Assembly (NCBI RefSeq): GCF_032062105.1 | Contig: NW_026928842.1 | Location: 62,001-126,000, forward strand | From: Saccostrea cucullata | Taxonomy: Eukaryota | Reading direction: 5' to 3' | Length of the DNA: 64,000 nt | Shown here: positions 24,986-35,596 of the stretch, piece after piece | Numbering within the stretch: position 1 is the stretch's first letter | Layout: the number at the start of each line of letters is the position of its first letter | Translations under genes and position numbers: made by a program | Notes under the pieces: generated by a model | What the model was told of the DNA's origin: nothing | Database searches by the model: none | What the model saw: the letters and a program-made list of their open reading frames with translations, nothing else

Positions 24986-26110
24986 TTAAATATATAGGAA
25001 AAACACAATACCTTCCCCATTTTCTTGGTCCAACCTTAAATCTCCGTCGAACACCATATGTTGTTACCTTCCATTTCTAGGTTATAACACCAATAAGGAT
25101 TTTCTATAGTAAATAACAGTTACATGTACTGTAGTTTTCTCTCTAGATCAAACCTTAATTCTGTAATGCAAATGAATTTTTATTGGAACTTATTTGATGA
25201 GATGTAGAACATCGATTTCTCTTAAAATCCACGTCTATGATACATGTTGTGAAGTTAAACTTGAGTATATAAGTAATCGTTTCTTTTGATACAAATAAAA
25301 AATCAAAAAAAAATGAATGTAATATAATAATACGAATTGTAATATATGTGATGACTTCAGCATTGCTTTTTAATAATGGCAAAATTATTATAGGGTATGA
25401 AAGTAGGAATAAAATATGTTTTCAATTTTAAGAACTTTGTATTCTTAATGGAATTTTGAGCTCAAAGTTTGTTATCTCCATATATTTCATGAAAAGAAAA
25501 AAATGCAGACAAGTGGCATAATACTATGAAGTTTAACCGTAAAACATTTTTCTCCTTCCCTTAGTTTCTCATATGATTTATAGTAAAAGAAATAAATTAC
25601 TGCCTAGTTTGTTGGGTATGTGAATTCAGGGCAAATTTACATTTACAAGGATCAAAACACAATGCTTAAACATTTTTGTTATGAACTTTCATTACAAAAA
25701 TGTTTACTCATTGTGTTGTAGTCCTTCGTTATATTTTTAATTTGTCCAGAATTATCATACTTCTTATTAAATTCTTATAATTGAAAAAAAAAAAGATTAT
25801 TTCTGCGTTCGTGCCCTAGAATAATTTGGCATTATATACTGTTAAATAGGTACTTATTTACGGCTGCCATTTAAAGTTGACATCTTCAAAAAAATTTTAT
25901 TAGGTTTTACCCTCACCTCAAACTGAAATTTCTTACTAAGGAATGAATTGTAACGGTTATTCCGCTTTGCCAGTCTAGGGCTGTAAATAACAATATCAAT
26001 TTGAAATTTTATAACCGAGATATTTTCTTCTCTCTCTCTTGTACAGTGATAAATTAAAATTTAAATTCGACATTTTTGAATACAATTATAATTAATCTAC
26101 AATACATATC

Positions 26111-26898
26111 TAAGCAATAAATCATTATGTTTTGAAAGATATAGTACCATAACTGGCTAAATCATTGTATTGACCGAAAAACAGCAATAATTTATAATAT
26201 CTTAAAAAAATAAGGATTCATTGCTTATATTTACATTTTTTAAACGCTCTGCCTTTATTGCGAAAGCGATTTATATTTCAAATTCCATGTATTATCCTTT
26301 GTGTAAGGCACTGTTTAAGGAAGGGCAAATGCAATAGCTTCTAGCAAATATTAGCGTGATTTTTGATTTTCGCTGATGACGTTGCACTTCATCGGTGTTC
26401 AACGTTTGTGACGTAAAATTAAAAGGCATGCTTTAACTGTCATAGATTTTAACACACTATATATTTACATTACACGTGTTTTCTGCATATAAAGTGGATG
26501 GAAATCTATTGAATCTATCTATTTAAAACATCATAACACGGACAGGATGCCGAAAGGATAAAGCATGCGTTTTAGTTTAACGTCATAAGCGGAATTAAAA
26601 AAAAAACACGCTTACATTGACCAGAAGCTGTTACGTTGGCTCTTCCATCAATTGTAGCTTACACAAAGAATAATACATATGTTTTTGAATATAAATCACA
26701 TTTTCAGTCAAGGTTGAGAGTTGAAAAATGTAAATATAAGCAATGAATCATTTTTTTTTAAAGATATAGTCTCATAACTGCAACGGTGGGTGCAAACAAA
26801 TTTTCATAACGCGCTAGTTAACGCGCGTTACTCATTTGTTTGCACACACCGTTGCAGTTATGAGACTATATCTTTAAAAAAAAATGATTCATTGCTTA
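26111..26898. mobile_element. Foldback/palindromic non-autonomous element with hairpins at both ends
   Basis: Near-perfect hairpin at 26737-26898 and a degenerate twin at 26111-26227. Inner arms are also inverted (TGACGTAAAATTAAAAGGCATGCTTTA ~26410 vs TAAAGCATGCGTTTTAGTTTAACGTCA ~26560). Confidence 0.7.
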
Positions 26899-27109
26899 AT
26901 TATATGCCAAAAATGTAGTGAAAATATTCTCTGATATATGTTCACTTGAAGACAGTATATCACAAATTACCCATGTACATGTATGCAAATGTCATACAAC
27001 GAAAAAAATTTCTCCCTTCCTTGTTTTTAATTTCTTTTTGCACAGCTTTTAATGGGGACTCCACAAAATTATTTGAAATAGAAATGGTGTGAATTATCAA
27101 CTGTCATTC

Positions 27110-27656
27110 TAGCTGCAGAACTGTAGCTCGCCGAAAAATATATTGATAGACCGGAGAGCTACAGTGCCACCAATTGAAAAAACTGTATATTTATTGCGCA
27201 CAAAAAGTTGCACTTGTGTATGGATTAATTCTTCCAAATTCTTACCATAATAAACTCTTTAAAAAAAAATCAGATTTCAAAAAATTCCGCAGTCTTCTAT
27301 CAAGTACTTTCGTAGTTGACATCTACACGAAGCGCATTAGGCAGAATTTTCTTACAAACCAAAATGGCAGTATAAACTAACAAAATTTTCTATGATCTCG
27401 ATTTCAGGGCCAGGAGGGCTATAAACAACAACTATAAGGTATGTTTTGTTGTGGATACAGTGAAAGATTATGTTAGGAATACATGATTAGTAATATTTTG
27501 ATATTATAGTTTTAAAAACACGGAGAAAGAAATCGAGAAACAGCCCACGTTCTTGTGCTCAATAAATATATACCGGTAGGTTTTTTTTTCAATGGGTGGC
27601 ACTGTAGCTCTCCGGTCTGTCAAATTATTTTTTGGAGAGCTACAGATCTGCACCTA
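27110..27656. mobile_element. hAT-like MITE
   Basis: ~70-bp TIRs (TAGCTGCAGA...GACCGGAGAGCTACAGTGCCACCCA / TGGGTGGCACTGTAGCTCTCCGGTC...TCTGCACCTA). 8-bp repeat CTGTCATT at 27101-27108 and 27657-27664, with one base of slack on the left. Confidence 0.75.
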
Positions 27657-28450
27657 CTGTCATTACAACTTCTTGAGCTTTGCAACATTAGCAAAATTAA
27701 GCAGATTCCCTTTTTAAAACTATTATTATTAATTCTTTAAGTTACACTTATTAATTACATTATATAATTATAAAATATAATTATAATCAATAATAATATT
27801 ATTTAATTACAAATAAATTGTAATATAACATGGCAAATAGAAGACCATTCATAAATTTATTTCAGCACAATTCATTACTTTTATATGAATGTGTTACACA
27901 ATCTATACAATATAGTTCTGAGATGACAGAGTTCAGCAATCTTTTGAACAGATAAATATACACACAAGAGAATTGTCTCGTAGGATACAATGTCTAAATT
28001 CAGCACTCAATATAGAAGTTTCGCTTACATTTTACATAAAAAAAAACATTTTTCCATGGATTGTCAAATTTTAATTGATTTGCACTCTGTAGACAAATGT
28101 GAAAAATGAAATCTCTACAAGTGAGTATATATATAGAGTTGTATAGGATATATTTTTCGCAAATATTGAAAGTCATCTAAAATGGATAAACAAATCATAC
28201 AATATATCTCTGAAGGTATATCCAAACTAAAAAATTGAGGACGGATTCTAGCAACTACCTGAAAACTACCACCTGAAAGTGTAGGATATTAGTTATGAAT
28301 TTTACATTTCAATGTATCTACAAAATTACACGATATTTAAATACATATAACAAAATGAGAACGCTCAAGATATTGCTATATAAAAAGAAAAAAAAGTTTC
28401 ATTATTGTATGTTCCGATAAAACATTGAATTTGTTGTTTTATAGTTTCTA

Positions 28451-31400
28451 TCACAGATTATCATAGGAAGACAATGGGCGCACGTCTGAATTACTGCCTC
28501 CTTCGCCTTGCTTTATCTCTTTAGATTTTGGTCTAGATTTCCGATTTGATTGTGACCGTTTTGGGGTTGACTTTGGAGTTGTTTTTCCTACTTCATTTTT
28601 CGTGGGACGGTCCTTCTTTGGGAACGGGGACACGGGTCTAGGGTTTCCTCCTGAGGCTTCACTTCCGGGCTTTTCTTCCTCACTGTCATGTTCTATTGAC
28701 ATGTATTTCTGTCGAATGTACACGAAAGGTTTCGATTTCTGTGGCTTCATCGGTTCCGTGTCCGGAGGAGGATTTGCTTTCGGAAGCTGTTTTGGTTCTT
28801 TACCATGTGTTTTTGGTAGATTTTTGATTGGATCGGGATCTTTTTTCTTCTTCGAGAAAAGCTTTTGCATAAAGCTCACATTAGAAGAACTGGCCTTTTT
28901 CTGCGATTGAGGTTTCTTTGCTGAATCCTCCTCTGCCTTCCCTCTTTCCTTAGGAAGGGAAGAGGGAGTTTGATTAGGATTAATTTTCAAAGACGAAAAG
29001 TCCATTTTGGCGTCATTCGAAATAAATGAACTATCTGAGTTGCACGAAATAAATGACGCCGTTGATTCGGACTCTGTTGAGGATGGCCTTGAAGTACCCG
29101 TAGCCTTTGGAAATTTTGGTTTTACAACAGGCGTTATATCCAATGAAGTGTTACTACCTGTGTGAACAGGAATACGACTTGGGGATTTATTATGCTGTTT
29201 CTGATTAATCTTATATTTCTTGTTCGGTACCGTCGCAATTTTTCCTGGCGCTGAATTATATCGGGGCATTTGATTGCTGTTGTTTGTGTTCCCAGGTAAC
29301 ATTGTCTCATTTCCCCCAGTATCACGAGGAAGAATATCACTTTTATTGAGGGACTCTTCTGGAGGTAGCAGTGTCTTTCCTTTCAATGTTGTTATTGGTT
29401 GTGGTTTTCTGTCCCCCTTTTTAGCTTTTCCAACATCGTTGGATTGTGCTATTAACTGTTGGACATTTTTCTGTCGTTCTTGTTCCGTTGCGTCAATAAC
29501 GTCATTTGAGTTCTCTTTAGAAGACAGCTGATCTTCCGATGAACTTTTCCAAGGTACATCCGGCATATTTTTTTGAGTAGGACTTTGTAACCGCTGTGAC
29601 ACCTTTTGTAATTTTGAAATGCAAGCCGCCATTTTTCCTTCCGCGACAGAGTTTGTTTCTGTGAGGGTGGATGCATCAGATACCTCTATCTTGGGAGTCA
29701 TGGTGAGTTTATTTGCTGTATCATGTACTGTCTTATTCCCGAAAACATTTTCAGCTATCTGTCTGGAATTGCTGAAAGTACTTGTAGCTTTATCGGATTT
29801 TGCAATGTAAAATGTCATTGTCCCTTTCGAAAATAGATGCCGAATTGGTGTGGACGTTTCTTTTTCAAATGTCAGTTTTGGAAGAGTGTTAGTGCCTACA
29901 TCAATTATCTCCTTTCCTTCCTTGTCCTTCCTTTTCGAATGCTTCCATACTTCTGACTCATTAAGTTCAACTTCGTTTGCTTGGGGAAAAGGAATAACGA
30001 ATGTCTGCGTGGCAGTCTCGGTATCTGGAGCAAAATCCGTTGATGTGTAATCATCCACCATTTCAATTGGATCACCAAATTCGTCTATAGATGGTTCCGA
30101 TGACACAAGATCAAATGCAGATTCGGGGATAAGAAAGAGTTCGTCTCCTTCTAATTCACTCAATAAACCGATGTACGGTAACGATTCGGTTGATGTTGCC
30201 ATATCACAATATTCAATTGGTCTTTGATCAAAATCACGCGAAGTACCTATTGACTTGTCAAAGAGATTAATCATAGAGGTTTGTGTTGAAGTTTCTGTGA
30301 ACATTAGAGAAGACTGGCCAAACGACATAGCCATAGTACCACGGTCGTGTACATCAGGTGGTGAAGGATTTGTTGCTGTATCAACCCTTTGTACAAATTC
30401 TTCTAGGCTCACGTTTGTTGACTTGTGCTTTGGAGTTGAGCATTTTCCAAGATACATGTCTGTTAGCGATCTACTCTCTGGTAACATATCTGATGTACCT
30501 ACACTGGCATCGATGATTTGTTTTATATCAGTGCTTGTCTCTTTTGTTTCCGTCATTAAATCTACAAATGTTTGAGCATCCTGGCACTTTAATCTTTCGG
30601 TCAATGTTTCATTATCTTGAACAACAAGTGTGGTCTCAGTTGTCGAGTCTTTTAACTTGACAGTTTCTGTATGTGTTGCTTGGTCCATCAGTATTAAGGG
30701 GTTTGTCTCCACACTAGAATCTATTGTTGCCGGCCGAGGCGGAGATATGCCTGTACTGACCAAAACAGGATTATGTGTTTCAGTCCATTGGTCTGTAGTT
30801 GTTGATTTAGTAGTATTTGTTTCTTTATCTGAAAACACAGCAGAGAATGTCTCTGTGCTTGCTTCTACCATTGTGGGACTCAGAGGTGGTAGCATTTCTG
30901 TTAAACTCGACTGACTGGAAAGCCTATCATTCGAACCTCGACTATCTACGGATCCTTTTCCTTTGAATAGTTTCAGTAGACCACCATGCCAAGATTTTCT
31001 ATTTTCAGAAGATCCCGATGGTTCCCAATGATCAGTCTGAATACAAGAATTTGACATATTTATTGGTTGTGTTAAAGTATTCATGTCTTGTTGGTTGGGT
31101 TTTACTTGCAAACCCTGATCTGAGACGGAAATTGGCGTCATTTCCGTCACTGCATCTGCCTTCTCACAAACTACAGTAAAGGTTGACCTATCAGTTGTGG
31201 ATGGCGGATCTGTCCAGGTCTCAACAGAAGAGTGACAGATCGTCGGCATGGTGGTTTCACTGTCCATAAGAGAGACTTTAACGGTAGCCGTGCTTTTATC
31301 TGTTTGTCCAGCATAATCGGTCCCAATTTTCTTAGTGGACTGAATCACTTTCGGAGTTTGTGTATCACATGTTTTATTTTCTACTTTGGTTTGCATTTCT

Positions 31401-33217
31401 GAGTCTCTTGTACGGGGTGAATTGGTGACAGTAGATGCATTTCTAGTTGGCACGACTGGTTTCATTTCCATAGTTGTCATTGTCGTTGTATCTCGAGTAG
31501 ATATCTTATGTTTCTTTTCATTGATACACTCTAAAATGATCGGATCCAGAGCTATTGTTCTTGTTTCTCGCTGAGGCATGCCTGTCATTGCACCACAAGA
31601 AAGGCTTCTTTCTGGTATATGTCGCAAGTTCGGAACAGAGAGACTCATTTCGTCTACACTTTCATTTGACATGGAAAGATCAGTTTGAACTCGCCTACTC
31701 CGTATCAAACTTCGTCTTCTCCGCCGCCATTCTTTGGGATTTCCCTCTGCCGAATCAAGGACAATAACATCTTGAACACAAGGGGCAGTGTTGAAATTTG
31801 ATGAGGCAATGTTGACCTCAGATTGTAAATCTTGACAGCATTTCACACAAATACCGGAACCTTTAGAGCCAACATTTGAAAAGGTTTGCATACAAGCATC
31901 AACGGTTGGAACTGGTGTCAGGGAACGAAGGCTACTTTGCGAACCCATTTTATGTCCGTAGTAGTTTGTGACCTCTGAAGTGTAACTGATTTCCATTTCA
32001 GATGCCACAGAACCAGTTTCGGAGAAGCTTTGTATGCTACTTTCTTTTGAACGCTTGGCCCATTCCTCATTTGCAGAGTCGTCAGTCTGGCATCCAAATG
32101 AATTCTTCTGCAGATCCATTGAATATTCTGAATTTTCATTTTCATCGGAATTACCATTGAATGTGATCTTTCCGAATTTTATTCCACCTGGAACAAATCT
32201 AATTTTAGTTGTAAAGTTGGTTACATCTTCTGGAGGTTCGGGAAGAGTGGGTTCTAAAAGCGATACTAGTTTGTTCTGCATCTCTTTCTTTAATAGTAGC
32301 ATTTCAACACCTTTGTCCCTCATTATAATATCTGTCAAGTTACACGCATTTTGAAGCCCGTCTAAGTTTTCTTGGAGCCAGTCTTTATTTTCAAGAAAAG
32401 ACATGATGTTTTCACCAAAATAAGATTCAACTTCTTTGAGCAGCTCTTTTTCAGTTGATCGCACTTGTTGGATATAACTAATAGCCAGGTCTCGTATATT
32501 TTCTCTCGTCTCCTTCAGAATCGTTTCACATTGATTCATAATACTGATTCGATCTTGGACAACCTCGTATCTGCTTCTACAGTTATTCAACAATGATTCC
32601 ATGGAGGATTTATATTTCGAGTATCCTTCGTTGAATGAACATATTTCATGGTCCCGATGTTCCTGAAAAGTGCATACAACACAAATACAGGCATCACAAG
32701 GTTCGCAGTAAAATCGAACAATTTCATCTGGATGAACTTTACATTCAATATCTTTTTCTCCCTCAACATCAATCAAGCTATGATTCTGCGTGACTTTTGT
32801 TGTTAAATGTAATTCAACACAGGCCTTACATAGCAATTTTGAGCAATCTAGGCACTTTGAACATGCATCGTTGCTTCTTGGTCTAACAGTATGGCAAATT
32901 TCACATGGTGGGATTTTCAGTGGTCTTTTTCTGTCAATCACTTCCGTCAGATTGGCCAATAAAAAATTATCTGGAAGACGTCGAACTCCACCTGTAGGAA
33001 TTTCTGTTCGTTTGCGACATAGGGGACAGGTGACGTGGCGGTTGTATAAAGAGTATCGAGAACGCGTGTTTTCCGAATCCACATGCTGCTGAATACATTC
33101 TGAACAAAACGTATGTAAGCACGTTAGTGTTTTTGGGCTTTTGTATGGTTCCAAACATATTTTACAATGAAGGAATTGGTCACTAATTTCCTGCATCAGC
33201 TTCATATTCGTAGCCAT
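28451..33217 (-). CDS. Intronless TRIM/RBCC E3 ligase (RING, B-box1, B-box2, coiled coil; TRIM2/3/56-like N-terminus) with a ~1200-aa repetitive, disordered C-terminus, 1588 aa
   Basis: RING CKIC...CLHTFCSEC...CPLC followed by LPDNF. B-box1 CEIC...CLDC...C..C...H; B-box2 CKVH....FYCEPC...C..C...H..H; helical coiled coil. First ATG at 33215-33217 (the track's start at 33241 is GTG). No NHL, filamin or SPRY domain recognisable. Confidence 0.92.
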   Translation of the reverse strand: MATNMKLMQEISDQFLHCKICLEPYKSPKTLTCLHTFCSECIQQHVDSENTRSRYSLYNRHVTCPLCRKRTEIPTGGVRRLPDNFLLANLTEVIDRKRPLKIPPCEICHTVRPRSNDACSKCLDCSKLLCKACVELHLTTKVTQNHSLIDVEGEKDIECKVHPDEIVRFYCEPCDACICVVCTFQEHRDHEICSFNEGYSKYKSSMESLLNNCRSRYEVVQDRISIMNQCETILKETRENIRDLAISYIQQVRSTEKELLKEVESYFGENIMSFLENKDWLQENLDGLQNACNLTDIIMRDKGVEMLLLKKEMQNKLVSLLEPTLPEPPEDVTNFTTKIRFVPGGIKFGKITFNGNSDENENSEYSMDLQKNSFGCQTDDSANEEWAKRSKESSIQSFSETGSVASEMEISYTSEVTNYYGHKMGSQSSLRSLTPVPTVDACMQTFSNVGSKGSGICVKCCQDLQSEVNIASSNFNTAPCVQDVIVLDSAEGNPKEWRRRRRSLIRSRRVQTDLSMSNESVDEMSLSVPNLRHIPERSLSCGAMTGMPQRETRTIALDPIILECINEKKHKISTRDTTTMTTMEMKPVVPTRNASTVTNSPRTRDSEMQTKVENKTCDTQTPKVIQSTKKIGTDYAGQTDKSTATVKVSLMDSETTMPTICHSSVETWTDPPSTTDRSTFTVVCEKADAVTEMTPISVSDQGLQVKPNQQDMNTLTQPINMSNSCIQTDHWEPSGSSENRKSWHGGLLKLFKGKGSVDSRGSNDRLSSQSSLTEMLPPLSPTMVEASTETFSAVFSDKETNTTKSTTTDQWTETHNPVLVSTGISPPRPATIDSSVETNPLILMDQATHTETVKLKDSTTETTLVVQDNETLTERLKCQDAQTFVDLMTETKETSTDIKQIIDASVGTSDMLPESRSLTDMYLGKCSTPKHKSTNVSLEEFVQRVDTATNPSPPDVHDRGTMAMSFGQSSLMFTETSTQTSMINLFDKSIGTSRDFDQRPIEYCDMATSTESLPYIGLLSELEGDELFLIPESAFDLVSSEPSIDEFGDPIEMVDDYTSTDFAPDTETATQTFVIPFPQANEVELNESEVWKHSKRKDKEGKEIIDVGTNTLPKLTFEKETSTPIRHLFSKGTMTFYIAKSDKATSTFSNSRQIAENVFGNKTVHDTANKLTMTPKIEVSDASTLTETNSVAEGKMAACISKLQKVSQRLQSPTQKNMPDVPWKSSSEDQLSSKENSNDVIDATEQERQKNVQQLIAQSNDVGKAKKGDRKPQPITTLKGKTLLPPEESLNKSDILPRDTGGNETMLPGNTNNSNQMPRYNSAPGKIATVPNKKYKINQKQHNKSPSRIPVHTGSNTSLDITPVVKPKFPKATGTSRPSSTESESTASFISCNSDSSFISNDAKMDFSSLKINPNQTPSSLPKERGKAEEDSAKKPQSQKKASSSNVSFMQKLFSKKKKDPDPIKNLPKTHGKEPKQLPKANPPPDTEPMKPQKSKPFVYIRQKYMSIEHDSEEEKPGSEASGGNPRPVSPFPKKDRPTKNEVGKTTPKSTPKRSQSNRKSRPKSKEIKQGEGGSNSDVRPLSSYDNL

Positions 33218-34507
33218 TTTTTTTAACCGATCCTTTCGCACAAAGGTTCTCAGTAAATATTCACATACCTTTTAAATTGTTCTCACGAAGCTGTTTTCTG
33301 ACAGTTTTGACAATATCAATAAACTTGGAATAACTATCAGTTTTGATCAATCATTCAAAAATCTGAAAATACCAGTTTTACATTTTCTGACGTCACCTAA
33401 GTGCCGCCTCCAGCTGATTTTGGGTGAGTGCAGTTTTTTCTCTGGCAATTTTGATACCGAGGATGATCCTTTATCTGCTTACATCTCTCTATCATATTAA
33501 TAAGTCAAGAGTTCCCGAAGAGCAGTTTTGATAAACCTAACAGCGGGGTCACCATAAGGCATGAAAGCTATAAAAGATGCGTCATTTCCATGGTATCCGT
33601 TTCACTGTAATCAGCAATCATAATCTTTTTTCAAAAATAGTGATCGATGCTATTTTGAAAGTAATCTCCTTGTCATTTCCATTTTTTAGCATCAAACATT
33701 TTGAAGATCCGTGTAGCATTTCATTCAGGAGTGAGCTTAGCTGCGGTAGAGGGCACCTTTTTGTAAATTACGACTTGGCAAACGTTGTTACAACGTGCTT
33801 TTCCCGTGTTTTAATCAAATGAAGGATGGGATAGCATTATCACTTCTGATGTGACCTGAAAGATAGAAGTAAATCTGTTTCAAACCAATGAGAATAATCT
33901 AAATTTAACATTTATTCATCATAATTCATTCTTTAAATATAGAAAACTCTAATGCATAATTTCGATTTTTTTTTTTTACAAAAACGACATGTAAATTAGA
34001 AAAGAAATAAATCTTTGAATATAACTATGTATTTTTAACGCAGTAGAAACCAATCTGGTGTTTTAAGCACCAAAATGTCATTTTTTTTTTAGCCCCGGCG
34101 AACGAAACAAATTTGTTACATCACTCCTACAGCGCGCACCTGATCGTAATTGCCCTCATCAGCAATTTCTGCTTGCTCAATAAAATTTGGGTGTCAAGAT
34201 ATTTAAAGCTCATCATGTTAAAACAGATCTTGCAAATCATCTTAAGCTATCACTTGATCTCCCTTCCCTGGCTTACTTTTGATGTAAATTAGCCATGTAA
34301 CAAAGAATTTGAGAATGGTTCCAGAAAGGAAATCTCTCAGGCGTACAGCACACATTGATAAGCGTACATTCTGTGTTAGTTTTAGTATATACTACAGTGT
34401 ATAGGTATGAAAAAAATCTTCCATTAATTAAAAACTTCTCATCAAAAGTTCAAACTTATCACAATAGCCTATTATTTGTATTAAACTGCACTCATTTTGT
34501 CTAGGTA

Positions 34508-35596
34508 CGAGGGTTGATCCAAAAGTAATGTCACAACTTCGATAAAATTTCTCCTAGTCGACGTAAATTAACAAAATTTTACATGATGGAAGATATATTT
34601 ATTTTAAATCAGTTCTGAAAAATTCAAATTAAAATGATTGATACTTTTCAAAATATCGAATTAAACACAAAGTGCGATTATGGTAGTCGCCGCACCTAAA
34701 TAACGTCATAAAACGGATATGCGCCGTCACACACTTTTAAAAACGCCTTCCTATCGTTTTATTTAAAAAAATGATATTCACGAAACATTCACATATTTTA
34801 TTTTCTTTAAGATAAATTGGCACCAATTGTACACTTTATTTATAATTTAATCCTTCATCAAAATTCTTTGAACAATACCATAAGACAAACTTAAAAGTGT
34901 CTCATATCACTCAAACTGCCACTAATCTCTTTTACGACAACGTCGACGCCATTGAACGTTTCCACCCAACCTCCTATCTTTCGGTACATATTATGTATTT
35001 CTGTCCCCAAATGATCATTTATTTACCTATTACCCGCCCAAAATCTCTGAAACCATCTATGAACAAATCTCTCGTTGACATTCTTTCCTTTGCGAGTTTG
35101 ATTTACCATCATAACTGTTTCTACTTGTGATTTCCCGATTTTGAAGAAAAAATACATTACAACTCGTTTCGGTGTTTTATTCCATTTCGACATTTCCTTT
35201 CTGCAATACATCAGATATAAACAATACTGTTTATGATGAAAAAAAAAACAATGCTGCCATTTAATTTTTAACTAAAGATTAGAAAATGTCGTAAATTTTG
35301 TCTTTTGAAATATTGGACGATTAGACGATTTTTTAGATACTTTTTTAAATGTGTCTGTCTTTTTTCATTCTAACAATATTAACTTTAAAACGTAACGTTT
35401 ATTTATGACGCGGCGACACCCCCTATGTTTAATGTTTTAAACGTCTATAAAATGAATTCAATTAAACATTGTGAAATGAAATTTTCAATTTTGATTAGAT
35501 TTATGTTTCTGCATCTTTTGGTGCATTATCTTTGATGATATGACGCCAAATATTAAAGATATGGACACAGTGACATTACTTTTGGATCAACCCTCG
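34508..35596. mobile_element. Non-autonomous Tc1/mariner element
   Basis: Perfect TIRs CGAGGGTTGATCCAAAAGTAATGTCAC / GTGACATTACTTTTGGATCAACCCTCG with TA on both sides. Confidence 0.85.

Noticed and set aside
28602-33158. Many short antisense and alternative-frame ORFs over the TRIM gene (also over the TPR exons and 49277-50455)
   Set aside because: These are shadow ORFs expected opposite long coding frames. They have no motifs, and many start at non-ATG codons.
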